Positions 1 to 13,140 of a DNA stretch of 64,000 bases are shown in pieces. The notes beneath the pieces were generated by a model. The model ran no database searches and was not told where the DNA came from. It worked only from the letters and a program-made list of their open reading frames with translations. Each line of letters begins with the position of its first letter. Positions within the stretch are counted from its first letter, which is position 1. Source of the stretch: Octopus sinensis (Eukaryota); the NCBI RefSeq assembly GCF_006345805.1, contig NC_043002.1, positions 79,298,001-79,362,000 of the forward strand, read 5' to 3'. The translations under genes were made by a program, and so were the position numbers.

Positions 1-49
1 ATTTTTCCATTTATTTTAATCTTAATTTTTCATTAATAATTTCAGCAAA

Positions 50-650
50 TCAATCGATAATATATTCTCCTTCATTTTTCACATCTTCTTGGCAAAGTTC
101 CACAAGCTTGTCAATGACTTAACTGAAGAAAGCATCAGGTCTCTTGACTCAAAGAATTTATTGAGCCACGCTTTCAGTTCCTCGTCGTTATTGAACGAAA
201 CGCCTCGCAGACTTCTGGAGAGCGACCGAAAAAATAATAATCTGAAGGTGCGACATCAAGAGAAATCGGTACGTGCGGTAGAACTTACCAACCGAAGTCT
301 TGAATAACGTTTGTAATGAAATTAATGATGTGGAGGCTAGCGCTATCGTGTTCAAGAAGCACGCCGTGTCGCTGATCGAGTCATTTCACCTGGGTTCGCT
401 CCTTGAGCCGGTGTATTTGCTAAACGTAAAGTTCTGCATTGGCCGTGTGATTGTTTTCAAGTATTTCGTGGTAGATCAGTCCTTCTCAGTCCTACGAAAC
501 GCGGACCATTTTTTGCGTGGATGCAGCTCTGGCCTGGTTCAAGGTGTTACTTGCTCGTCGGAATTCAATCATTCTTTCTTCTGCTTGATATTGATGTAAG
601 GACGTAATTTTCCATCGCCGATGACGATTATGAGATGAAATAATGCTGCT
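50..650 (-). mobile_element. Degenerate mariner (DD34D-type) transposase remnant, catalytic domain to C-terminus
   Basis: Minus-strand translation across frameshifts gives IVIGDGK (~IVTGDEK), PELHPRK, GVLLEHDSA (~LLHDNARPH), FGW*VLPHVPISLDVAPSDYYF (~LGWEVLPHPPYSPDLAPSDY) and ends KNEGEYIID*. Confidence 0.9.
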
Positions 651-654
651 ATTG

Positions 655-724
655 TTACTGACTATGATGATAATGATGATTATGATGATGATGGTGGTGG
701 TGGTGGAGAGGATGGTGATGATGA

Positions 725-759
<35 letters not shown>

Positions 760-1415
760 CGACGACTAAATTGATTGTTCATGAATGGGCAAGGAGGAGA
801 CAGAAAGGAGTAGAGAGTGAATGAAGTCCGCTAAGGGGCTTCCTCTTTTATACAGTTGAGCATCAGGACAACTCCTTCAGCATCAACATCACGACGACGA
901 CACGACGACCACGACCACCACCACCACCACGGCCACCATGACTATCACCACCGCCACCACGATCACGACGACCACCATGACGACCACCAACAACAACAAC
1001 ACCATCAGAACCATACCATTCAGTCCACCATCTTCATTGGCACCACACTATCACCTCCGTTACTGCCATAATCTTGATCACCGTCACCACCACCACCACC
1101 ACCACCACCACCACCACCACCACCACTACCACCACCAACACCACCACCAACACCACCACCACCACCACTACCACCACCACCACCACCACCACCACCACCA
1201 CCACAACAACAACAACAACACTATCGGCTACACCACCAGCGCCGCAGCCACCGCCACCACCACCACCACAACACCACCAACCACCACCACCACAACCACC
1301 ACCACACACCACCACCACCACCAACACCACACCACCACCACCAACACACCACACTACCACCACCACTACCACCACCAACACACCACCACCACCCACCACC
1401 ACCACCACCACCACC

Positions 1416-1447
<32 letters not shown>

Positions 1448-1975
1448 CACTATCGGCTACACCACCAGCGCCGCAGCCACCGCCACCACCACCACCACAA
1501 CCACCACCACCACCACCACCATCACAGCTATCGCCGCCACCCCCATCATCATTAACACCATCCGTACTATCATCACCATCACATCAACAACCACACAATC
1601 ATTACCAACGAATCCACCAAGAATGCACCACCACGGCCACCACTATCTCAATCGTCGTCGTCGTCATCAATTTCCTGATCATTATCACCACCATCATCGT
1701 CGTCATCATTATCAACATCACCACCGTCGTCGTCGTCATCATCATTATAGACGTAAATCATAACAGCAACAAACATAACAAGGTCAATAACAGCCGCAGC
1801 AACAGTAGCGTGAAGAAGAAGAAGAAGAAAAAATAGGATGATGATGATGATGATGAGGAGGAGGAGGAGGGTGAAAAGGAGGAAAACGAAAATTGGAAAT
1901 AGAAGACGAAGAAGGAGAAGAAGAAGGAAAAGGTGAAGAAAGAGAAGAGAAGAAGAAGGAGAAGATGAAGAAAAG

Positions 1976-2006
<31 letters not shown>

Positions 2007-2598
2007 CAATGATTCTGATGATCATGATGATGATGATCATGATGATGATGATGATGATGCGGAGGAGGAGAAGGAGAAGGTTAAAGGAAGGAAAACGAAA
2101 ATGTGAAAAGAAGAAGAAGAAGAAGAAGAAGGAAAAGAAGAAGAAGAAGAAGAAGGAAAAGAAGAAGGAAAATGATAATAATAAGAAGAAGAAGATCAAG
2201 AAGTAATGCAAATAGAATGGCAAAGCATGCCGGGAAGAGCGAACAGCGAAGGAATATTGGAACACAAGTGTTGTTAGCCTTATCGCCGTATCACGCCTGA
2301 GAAGATTGCCTTCTCTTTGAGTGCAGTCAAGTGAAGAATATGTGAGTCAAATGTATATAGTTTGGTAGAGGAGAGCCAGCCGAGACGTAGAGAGGAGTAG
2401 AAAGAGCGATGGAGAGAGAGATGTGAGAGAAGGGAAGAAAGAGACTGTAGAGAGAAGGAGAGAGAGAGAGAGAGTGGGGGAGGAGGATAGTAAAGAGTAG
2501 GAGTTAATGGTTGAGTGAGAGGTTTACGAAAAAAAAAGACAGAAGCATATAGGGATTCATAGAAAGTGAGAGAGACGATGTATTAGCATCAATGAATT

Positions 2599-2636
<38 letters not shown>

Positions 2637-2965
2637 AAGAGAGAGTGGGAAAGTGGGAAGAAGGGAGGAGAAAGTGGGTACGGAAAGAGAAAGAGGGAGA
2701 AATGGTTGGATTACGAGAAATGTGTATGCGAACATATATTTGTATATGTATACACACACACATACATATACACACATATGTACATAAATGCATGTATAAA
2801 TATGTGTACATACATAAAACACACACATACATACATATATACATACATACATACATACATATATATATATAAGATAATAATGTAATGATGATGACGATGA
2901 CGACGACCACGATGATGGTAGTAGTAATAACAACAACAACAATAACAATAATAATAATAATAATA

Positions 2966-3013
<48 letters not shown>

Positions 3014-3127
3014 TAATAAAAAACGTACATTCATGTATATAGAGGACGAGGGAGATAGAGAGATGATGAAAGTGAAATGAGAAAGAAAAAAAGAGAGATA
3101 GTTAGAAAATCGTTCTCTCTTTCTGTT

Positions 3128-3182
<55 letters not shown>

Positions 3183-4060
3183 TTGTGTATATGAATATAT
3201 GTAGGCATGTATGTACATATGCGTGTGTATATATATATATGTGTGTGTGTGCGTGCGTGTGCGTGTGTGTGTGTTTCTGTGTAATGTAGAGAAAATAAAG
3301 GAAAACGATATACAAGTAGTTGTAGTAGTAGTAGTATTATTAGTAGTAGTGGTAGTAGTAGAAAAAGAAAAAGAAGAAACGGACGAAGTATTGAGAAGTA
3401 GTGATAGAAATAAGAAATGAAAAATGGAGGGGATAGAGTAGAGGAAAAGTAAGAGAGTGAGAGAGAGATGGAGAGCGAGAGAGTGAGCGAGAAGTGGTGT
3501 GGGTAAGAGAGAGAGAGAAAGAGGGAGGGGGAGAGAAAAAGGGTAGGGGTGAATGAAGGTTAAATAGAGAGAAAGAAGAGAGCTGTTGAGAGGGTAACAT
3601 AAATAGGAGAGGGAACTCTTAAAGATAAATAGTAATGTGAAAGTAACCAATAGCAACAACAACAGCAAAAGCTACAACAACAAGAAATACAAAAACAACT
3701 CCAAGATAACTCATAATAAAGTGCAATGGTAAAACAATATTAGCTGCAACATTTGCAACAGCGGCAATAACATCATTAACAACGATAGCAGCAGCAGCAG
3801 CAGTAGCAACAACAACAACAACAACAACATTAACAACATCAAACACTGAAGCAAAAATAAAACAACACAATAGATAATAACAATAACGCATGTAACACGA
3901 AAACAATAACAGCTACATCAGTAACAGCTGCAATAACAATAATGATAGCAACAACAACAACAATAATAACTACCATCACAACAACAACAACAACAACTAC
4001 AATAACAAACACTGCAGTAATAGCAACAACTGTATCAACACCAAAGATGAATGGCACAAA
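655..4060. repeat. Compound simple-repeat field: (GAT)n, (CAC)n, (CAA)n, (GAA)n, (GA)n, (TAA)n, (TA)n, (TAG)n
   Basis: Directly visible tandem tri- and dinucleotide runs. All ORFs here are homopolymeric (poly-H/T/V/L/F). Confidence 0.97.
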
Positions 4061-5788
4061 CAATCACATTTTTCTCCCAATTTTTCTCTCTACCGAAAAG
4101 CAAGAAATGATAATATAAAAACAAAAACCAAAATGGCGAATTAATGACGTAAAAATGTTATTGTCGTCTGCAACTGATAGAGAAGCGAGTAATCAGTTTT
4201 AAAAACTACATTATAATTCAGTAAATCATGCTAACTTGTGCCTTGTCAACTAACAAACTATAGGAACAGATAAATGAATGAATAAATATAGGAATGCAGA
4301 ACTAATACGGCGAGTTGTTAGTATTCGTTTAGAGTGAGGGTGTCTGTCTCATAGAAACAGGAGAATGATTGACTATCTCGTGGTATTTAGTTTTGTGACT
4401 TTTTATTTCGATTTCGAATCTGGCCGAAGTGGGCATTGCTTTTAATCCTTCCGGAATCAATCAAAAATAGTACTAACCAAGTAGTGGTGTCGACCTAATC
4501 GATTCCACCCTACGATGAATTTGAGAACTTCTGTCCTTGTTAGAAATGAAATTTCGTTAAGAACAGATGGTTAGAAAACTGAAATGAGATTGCAGTACAG
4601 TTTCAGTTCCCGCTTGAAGACAATTCGCTTCCAGCAAGCCATAAATAACCACGGAGAAAGCATAAATATCACATAACTTCATTCACTCTCACAAGCTGTA
4701 TGCATGCAAGCAAGCATGTACGTATGTACGCATGTAGGACCATTGTTCATATTGAAAGGAAATCAACATTTGTTAAAGCGGGGTTCGTTATCCTTAGGCG
4801 AAAATAAGTGGAACAAGTAAGAACGAATAGAAGAGAGTCTATTACGGTTTACATTATTGCAAATCATTTTAGTTTATTTCACAATATTCTGTATTGTTTT
4901 CCCACAAAGAAACCAAAATTCATTATAGTATCAAGCACCAGTGACCGAGATACAACGTATTGTTTAATAGAGATTACAAACTGGTTTCTATTTCCGGTTG
5001 AAACCACTTTACATTCGCATTGATGTCTTTAAGAATGATGTAGCTTCCGCAAAACCTAAATTGTTTTTGTTTTTGTCACAAATAAGACATCCCTTATAGC
5101 TATAATTGTTCTAAATTATTGCTTCCTCATACTTTTATGTCCAATAAGTTAAACAAGAGATGATCGTGATACTTTGTCTTTCACATTTTAGCAAACCATT
5201 TTTTATGACGACCTCAATTGACAAATAAAAGTATAGGAGTGAAACAGAGTCAGAGCGTGAGCTAATGACTGGCATACTGACCCTCCCAAGATACAACAAA
5301 ATATGTTCCAACCCGCCAGTTCACGTCAAGAATCTTGCAAACCAAATATAAAAGTCACATATGCGCTTAGTTTACTTAATAATTTTACTTTTTTAAAGTT
5401 GACCTTTGCTGTTCCGCATCTTAATTATTCTAGCGTTATCCTATGCCACCAATAAAAGATACATTCTGGAACTTTCATCCACAAAATGTTAATTTCTAAC
5501 ATTGGTGCAACACTATGTGGTGGAGCTACAGTCAATTAAATCAGCCCCAGTATATATCTGGTATTTATTACTTATTTCATCAGTGGTGGATGAAGGAAAA
5601 AGCATATTGTATTTGAATGTAATCAGACTAAACTAAAGATAATTAATTGATACAGAAACAATATTAATACCAAAAGGTAATCTTGATCTCCAATTAAACA
5701 TGGAGGTTGTGTTAGAACAAAGAATATTGCATTATTTAACTTGAGAAGGTTTCTCGTAGGACTAGTGGTGCATAAAAGCGCCCGTAAT

Positions 5789-5923
5789 TATATCGTTGAC
5801 AGACAAGAGCCCTTTACTACGGCCGCCAGAACTGCAAGATCACGTGATTTCGCTCTGCTATGGGTTCCTCAGTGACGGATGTTCAGCTGCGGCATAACAG
5901 CCGAATCTTCTGTCAACGATATA
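5789..5923. mobile_element. Small MITE-like element with 15-bp terminal inverted repeats
   Basis: tatatcgttgacaga (5789-5803) is the exact reverse complement of tctgtcaacgatata (5909-5923). It has TA ends and a GC-richer interior than its flanks. Confidence 0.6.
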
Positions 5924-6409
5924 TAGAATATCAGTGACTCTAGAGTCGCAAAAAATAAATATATAAATAAATTAAAGATATTTTCTTCATCGCTCTACCA
6001 GTTGTATTATCCAACGCTTTCACATAAGAAAAATATTATTTCTATTTTAACAATGTCACCCATTTAGATGAATCGATGAAGTCAAGTAGATCTGGTTCCC
6101 TATAATGACTAGGATTTATCTTGTTAATCACAACGGAATGTGTATTAAAGTTTAGCTTGATAAGCTTGAAAGCAGATCGTTAAAAGACGTGATTATATAA
6201 CACAAAATATTCTGTTTCGTACACTATTAATTCTTCATTCTACTCCTTTACATGTACAGTGTATAACCACACTTCCACCGGCAGTGTTCGTAATAGACTG
6301 TAAAATCAACTTTAAATGTCCTAATTAATACCACTGGTAGTGCGAGAGATAGATGCCTTATATATTAATATTATTCCAGCTGCTAGTCTTGGAGATGGAC
6401 TACAAGTTT

Positions 6410-6560
6410 AAACTTTTAACTACGGAGTTAAGAGGTTTGCTTCGTAACCATGCAGCTTCGCATTCAGTCCCATTATGCTGCATCAAGGGTAAGAGACTTC
6501 TCCAACAGCCCCGAGTCGTATAATTCCTTATAAAGGAATTTGGTAGGCAGAAACATGTCA
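6410..6560 (+). mobile_element. tRNA-derived SINE family A, degenerate 5' part
   Basis: gttaagaggtttgcttcgtaaccatg...ttcagtccca...ggaatttggtaggcagaaac matches the better copy at 35185-35546. Confidence 0.65.
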
Positions 6561-6595
6561 TATGTGTGTATAATATAATTGTATATATATATATA

Positions 6596-6855
6596 TCACC
6601 TTCGAAACGCAGAGTAGATGAAACCATGGCGACTGAAGAAGGGGAATTTTCCTTGTGTTATTTGTCCTGTACTCTTTTTCTTTTCGATGTTTAAGAAAAA
6701 TGTCCAGTTCCTTGGCTTTGTGTTTATGTTTTCGTTTCTCATTGTGTTCGACGTTTTTTTGGGTGTCCTGTACCCATATATGCATGTATATATACATGTA
6801 GAGGTAGGTACGTACATATATGTATGTATATATGCGTATGTTTTATTTATTAATT

Positions 6856-6860
<5 letters not shown>
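6596..6860 (+). mobile_element. (TA)n-embedded module 1: pLTR-like tail with only the 3' half of a hammerhead
   Basis: Flanked by TA runs. Begins ccttc-GAAAC-gcaga-GTA-gatga, i.e. the GAAA, stem III and cleavage-triplet half of an HHR, followed by a T-rich tail. Confidence 0.45.
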
Positions 6861-6933
<73 letters not shown>

Positions 6934-6970
6934 CGGAGGTGTACTTGCATAGCGAGATGCAGCACGACTC

Positions 6971-7021
6971 TTTGTCAGTGAACAGGTCGCGGTCTCAAAG
7001 CGACGAAAATATTTTGACAAA
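6971..7021 (+). ncRNA. Minimal type I hammerhead-like fold with G3:C8-swapped core (in TA-flanked module 6931-7101)
   Basis: Stem I tttgtca/tgacaaa (7 bp); core GUGAACA; extra G; stem II gtcgc/gcgac; GAA; palindromic stem III AAUAUU; H17=U. Confidence 0.65.
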
Positions 7022-7096
7022 TTAAATTTAATGTTGAAGTGAATCTGACGGTTTTGTGTGTTTCTTAAATAGCTTATAAACACCTTCCACGCTGCA

Positions 7097-7145
<49 letters not shown>

Positions 7146-7148
<3 letters not shown>

Positions 7149-7558
7149 TAATGAGAGAGACGGAAGATGGAAGATACGAGAAAGTTTATTCATCACTATA
7201 ATTGTTTTGACCCATCGAGTATCGATGCTCGCAGGATGCATTCTTAACAACTGGCTTTGGAGTATCCAAATTCTGTCTCTTCAGATGGAAATGTGCCTCT
7301 TCGGGTGATATTACAAAATGTGCCCCCTTAAAATACTGTTCCTAAAGATATTTTCTCGGTTTGTGTATAGAAAAACAGCAAATTAAGGGACACAACTTCA
7401 TTATTATATAAGAAGTATTATATAGTATTATATAGTTTGGGTATGAAATGCAAAATAAGTATATATGCATACAAAAATCGATCTCCTGAAAAGACATCGG
7501 AATATTAGTTTGAATCTTTTGAACACTACTGTCTTGTATACGGAGAATCTCATCTGTC

Positions 7559-7561
<3 letters not shown>
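7146..7561 (-). mobile_element. (TA)n-embedded module 3: pLTR-like element with a mutated hammerhead and a poly(A) signal
   Basis: Minus strand reads cat-CUGAAGA-gac-(~70 nt with two hairpins)-gtc-AAAAC-aatt-AUA-gtg, then AATAAA. G12 is mutated to A. Confidence 0.55.
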
Positions 7562-8178
<617 letters not shown>

Positions 8179-8184
8179 TTTGCG

Positions 8185-8385
8185 TTTCACTTCATACCGT
8201 TTGACAAACAGTATTGGTTTGTTTCCATACCCGTAACTTTACAGTTCTGCAAAACAGATGGATAGAATAACCACCAGACTTTAAACTGGGTAGTGGGATC
8301 GATTTGTTCGACTGTGCTCAAAGCAGTGCTCCAGTATGGCTGCAGTTCAATAACTGAAACTAGTGAAAGAGATATTGCCACACAT
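8185..8385 (+). mobile_element. SINE family A, 3' part
   Basis: gatttgttcgact...gtgctccagtatggctgcagttcaataactgaaac matches the family A tail. Confidence 0.7.
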
Positions 8386-9084
8386 GTACCAGATATAACA
8401 CTGATAGTGTTACTTAGACACCACAAGATCGACAACACAAGACCTCTATATTAGCACCACTGACACTGTTAGTGATAAACTATATCACCAACAGATAGGG
8501 TTAGTTTATAAACTGTAAAATCAACCCCCACGTGTCCTTTGTAATATCCTCCTCCCTCTGACAGTGTTTGCGATAGACTGTAAGATCAACATTTATCTCT
8601 GTACTTTGACGTTGATATTAAAGTGTTGACATCAGATCTACAACAATTTTCATAAACGAATTATTTGGAAGCCAAACAGTCTTCTTTCAAGTTCTTTGTT
8701 CAGTCGCAAGGTGTGATATTCACACACACACACACACACACAGACATACACACACACACTCAGATGTTTTGCATTTTATTTATAACTCTGTTAGACCTTG
8801 TAACCACACTACTTTGATGAAATAACTAACATATGTAAGTTTAGATTCGCCATGATGTCTCCCGAGCGTCGCCGGTTGCTAATACAATAACATTTCGGTC
8901 CCTTGGTTGAAGAAGTATTTACTGCAAATAATCCGTGCTGTTCCTGAAAGAGACCCTTAATTCTGAACGACTTAGTCAACTTAGAGGCGTCATGGATTAG
9001 CAAGGGTCAGCGAGGGAGTCCCTACAATCTATATTGTCGAATATCCTGCTGAAGATAATAAAACAAATATCTACTAAATTAATA

Positions 9085-10150
9085 CCGTGACCGGTAAATT
9101 CCACTACGGTAACTTACACGATAGGTAAAATTCACTGCGGTATATTCCACTAAGGTAAATTCCACTATGGTAAATTCCACTTGGAAAATAAAGGTCTATA
9201 AAAAACTAATTACACACACCCTTGTTACACACTCCTTAACTAATTATTCGTTAGTTAAATTCCACTCGGAAATTTTCACTATAGGTAAAATTCACTGTGG
9301 TAAATTCAACTACAGTAAACGGCTTGTAGAAAACTTGTTACACACTTCTGAACTAATTAGTTGTTAGTTAAAATATAAGTGTATGCAATTGTTAGTCATT
9401 TTTAACTGAATTTCACTGTACTGCTAATTTTTTTCTATTCATTTTAACTTTGAATTTTGAAACCCTGAACCATAGCAACATTTATAACATCAGAGAAGAA
9501 CAAACGTGAGCTTTGCGACGAAGAGAATCATATATACGACAAGAATGGAGTTAACAGTTGCAAAACAAAAATATATTGGCGTTGTGAACGTTTTTACAAA
9601 GGTTGTCGGGCTAGTGTTTTTGCGCTTTAGCATTTTCACCAATTGAAGACGTTGTCAATGGATTTGAAGATGTGTCTGATGATGAGAACATCCCTTCTGA
9701 GTTTATCCCTTATTTTATCACTTATTGGTACTGTAAAGGGACGCGGTCTTCGTCCACGAAAAGAAACCCCACATTTTCCTATCCAACTCTGGAATATGCG
9801 CGACCGCGAGCAAATAATTCGGTAGAAGGGTTCCACAATGCTTTGCAGTCATCGATAACAACCACACATCCAAATTTGTGGAAACTTTGCCATGCTCTTA
9901 AGACTAAAGAATGCTTAAGCCAGACGAAAATTGCGCACATTCAACGTGGGGACTCGACAAAAAAATAGATAAATAAATAAATAATAATAACAAAAAAAGA
10001 AACAAAGCTCTATCAAATGATTGATGCACGACTGAAGAAGCTCGCTGAGAACTATCAATCTGAAAACGGTCTGCAATTTTTAAGAAATATTGCACACAAT
10101 TTCTCATAAAAGATTTTTCTTTTTTTCATAACTGTATTTTTATGTACTCG
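9085..10150 (+). mobile_element. Internally deleted Mutator-like (MULE) element: FLYWCH N-terminus fused to transposase C-terminus
   Basis: Subterminal ~15-bp repeats ggtaaattccact (9092-9310). Translation gives TSEKNKRELCDEENHIYDK...KIYWRCERFYKGCRA (FLYWCH-like), then ALAFSPIEDVVNGF...PHFPIQLWN...NNSVEGFHNAL...HPNLWK (MULE C-terminal motifs). The DDE core is absent. Confidence 0.85.
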
Positions 10151-10157
10151 CCATCAT

Positions 10158-10481
10158 ATTCATACCAATAACAATTGGAGCACGAGGTTTTGTTTGTAAA
10201 TGCTTGATGGAGAATTTGGATAAACTGGGATTTTCAGAAAGAGAAAGTGACCGGCTGATTCATACATTACAAGTGCAATCTGTGAGTGGAACAGTAAAAA
10301 TATGCAAGACTTTTCTCAAATTCCAATTATGAATTTGTCTGTGTTAACTACATCCAAAGGATGGAGCCTTGTATCTTTGTTGGAAACCGGCTCCCTCCAC
10401 AGTAGAAGATTTATGATGATTAAAAAATAGACTAGACATACAAACATTGTTGTGTTTTTCTTTTTATTTTTTTGGATTTAC

Positions 10482-10500
<19 letters not shown>
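10158..10500 (+). mobile_element. 3' end of an R4/Dong-like (RLE) non-LTR retrotransposon
   Basis: FIPITIGARGFVCKCLMENLDKLGFSERESDRLIHTLQVQSVSGTVKICKTFLKFQL*, then a UTR running into (CATA)n. Homologous to 58320-58710. Confidence 0.75.
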
Positions 10501-10513
<13 letters not shown>

Positions 10514-10559
10514 CCTATACACACACACACACACACACACACGCATATATATTGCGTTG

Positions 10560-11195
10560 AGTAAAAGGTTTTACAATAATTTGGTAACTTGTTTGCTTTG
10601 TTCAAGTTACAAAACTTTGTTCGTCGAGTTAGAGGCCATCGTGTCGGACCGTTTGAATCCAACTTTCTGACAGTTCTTTGATCTCCCACTGATACCGGTG
10701 CTTGTCCTTCGAGGTAAAGAACTCTTTCACTGAAACTTCCGACTCTTCTTTGATGATGAAGCTTCGCAAGCACAGGAAGAGAGAAATGGATCGGAACAAG
10801 TAATAATCCGCGGGGGATATTTTTCCACATTCCTAGCGTGCATAAGGAATGGTTACGCAAGAGCTAGCTTCCGGAACCTGTCGCTAAACGTGGGCGTTTC
10901 GAACACAAGGTGTTACTCTGCATCTAGTGGAATTGTGAGTGATTAATTCACCACGAGTTCGTTCATGAGGGTCGAACCACCGAAGCCAACCTGTACTCAG
11001 AACAGCCGAAGCGGATGTATGCCATTGTGCGACAGAAATACCCGGTATTAGTTAAAAGAAAGCGAGCTCTTCTGAAGCAAGAAGCAAGAAATCGCAAGAT
11101 CTCAGACCTTCCAAACGACCCGGAATAAACTCCAGAAATCTGAGGGAATCGGACAGTTGCAATACCTGGCATATAGTCCGAACCTAGAATACAAG
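10560..11195 (+). mobile_element. Degenerate mariner transposase remnant
   Basis: Contains a TG..KW remnant, KEWLRK...PEPVAKRGRFEHKVLLCI*WNCE, IHHEFVHEGRT..ANLYSEQ, and AYSPNL (~PYSPDL). Confidence 0.85.
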
Positions 11196-12399
11196 CTCAA
11201 ACTTAAGTAGAAAGCGATTTTGAATAATATTGCTCTCTAAACAATTATATTTCCCATCCATTTATTTGTATTATGTTTATTTACTGATACTTTCGTCTCT
11301 ACTCTCCCAGCACGATGAAATTTATATTTAGCTGATGAGGTCATAATAACGCTCAAACATGTCATGATTTGTCTCCCGCACTTGGGAAAACAATGAAAAC
11401 AATATTATTTATAGACTAATATTTATTCTTCCTTCATAATTAATTCTAGTCAGGTTTTTAATACAATTTCCATTAAATATACTAACATTAACTTAATAAT
11501 TGTTTTTTATATGTAGATGACTCTGAATAATTTATTCTCTAAATAAATAAGACAATTTGCTGTAGGTACACTGAAGAAGGTGAAAGACATCTGTAGCGGC
11601 CATACGATCCAATTGATTATTTGAATATTCACAGTTAATGATATATGATGTATGAATAATTGATGACATCTTTATATATAAGTACACAAATATGAATATA
11701 GATAAATAATGTGTGTTCTTAAATCAAAGCTATCTTCCGGATACTATAACAATTGGTTTATCATTCTTTTGTATGTAGTATAATAAATGTCGACCTGCTA
11801 TAACCCCGTCAATCTCTTCATATATTAACGACTAAACCATATGGAATTGCATGTTGTCGACTTGATAGTGCTCTGGAATCTTGAATAAAACAGACTCCAC
11901 ATAATATATTTCGATCTGTTCTCGACAGCTGCTCTTATCCTAAGATTAATCTACTCAAAGGCAGCACGGATGACGAGGATGCAAGAACACTCGTCAACAC
12001 CCACAACAAAGTTCTTGTCAACAGCAACAACCTCCATAACAGTGAGATTTCTGTTTCTTTACAGAGTAAGAAAAATTATAATGCGGTTCACGTTGTTGCT
12101 ATTGGTTTTATTGTTTAACCCTTGGCCAGCCTTAATCCAGCAGGTCAGTGTTTAGAAACTTTACGGTCTCGTTGCCATCCCGATAGTTTTGCGGGTTGAC
12201 AACAGCCAAATGTACCTTCGATAACACTATCCAATTTCTTTTTTCTTCTTCTAGAGAGTTAGGTGCAACTTGAGAGAGACTTGTTTGGTTTCTCTTTCTT
12301 GCAGCTAGAGCAACCACGTAGATCCCTCCCTCTCTCTCTCTCTCTCTCTCTCATCTTGATTTAAGATCTCTCACTTTGTAGTGTAATAAATATAAGTAT

Positions 12400-12680
12400 T
12401 TAACCTACCAACAGGGTTTAGGATATTTGATTGCGCACGAAATTTCTTTTGCAGGAGTAAAACTGCTGACCAGCACATCAGCACTCAGTTGGCAAAAAAT
12501 GAGTTGTACTCCTGGTTTAAAGGGCCAACCTTGTCTCATTCTGTGTGTCTCGCTGAAGCACCTAGAGAACAACGTCAAGAGTACGCGTGTCTGTGGTGTT
12601 CTCAGCCACTTGCACGTTAATTCCAAGTGTGGGCTGTCCCGTCGATTGGGTCAACTGAAATACTTGCTGTTGTAACCGAA
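12400..12680 (+). mobile_element. Interspersed SINE-like repeat
   Basis: Recognised from memory as a common octopus repeat (cagccacttgcacgttaatt...gggtcaactg...gtaaccga). Only one copy occurs in this window. Confidence 0.45.
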
Positions 12681-12784
12681 TCCATTCACATCAGTAAAAT
12701 TCAAATCTTTTGGACCTTATAAATGAGGTGGCGTCTTGATCTGGTTAGGTTTATTTTTTATTTTTTCTAACTTATTTTTTCTCT

Positions 12785-13140
12785 TTCATTTGTTTCAGTT
12801 ATTGGACTTCGGCCATGCTGGAACACCACCCTGAAGGGTTTAGCCGAACAAATCGACCCATGGTACCTATACTATCGTTCTTGTTTGCTGAACCGCTAAG
12901 TTAGGGGGACATAAACAAAACAATCCCGGTTGTCAAACGGTGGTAGTGAACAAACACAAAGATAAACACACACACATATACACACACGTGCGCGCACGAT
13001 AAGATTCCACATACTTTCCTTCCACCAAATCCATTCACAAGTCTTTGGTCAATGCGGGGCAATAGTACACGACATTTACTCAAGGTGTCGCGCGGTGGGA
13101 CTGAGCCCAAAGCCACATGGTTATGAAGCAAGCGTCTTAA
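12785..13140 (-). mobile_element. SINE family A, diverged full-length copy
   Basis: Colinear with 35185-35546 (gtttcagt..ttggact.cggccatgctggaacacc...gaaccgctaag...gtgggactga). Confidence 0.85.

Noticed and set aside
856-4063. Long His/Thr/Val/Leu/Phe-rich ORFs
   Set aside because: They are translations of stop-free triplet repeats, open in several frames and on both strands, with no domain content.
4131-4139. YY1-like aaaatggcg motifs (also about 34791 and 62043)
   Set aside because: The motif is short, expected by chance, and has no supporting promoter context.
9092-9310. Short repeats resembling a CRISPR array
   Set aside because: The context is eukaryotic, the repeats are near-contiguous without unique spacers, and they are explained as MULE subterminal repeats.
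11333-11365. ctgatgaggtcataataacgctcaaacatgtc as a hammerhead
   Set aside because: G12 is missing and neither stem I nor stem II pairs convincingly. At most a very old remnant.
11571-11600. ctgaagaaggtgaaagacatct as a hammerhead
   Set aside because: There is no GAAA after the stem and no stem I.
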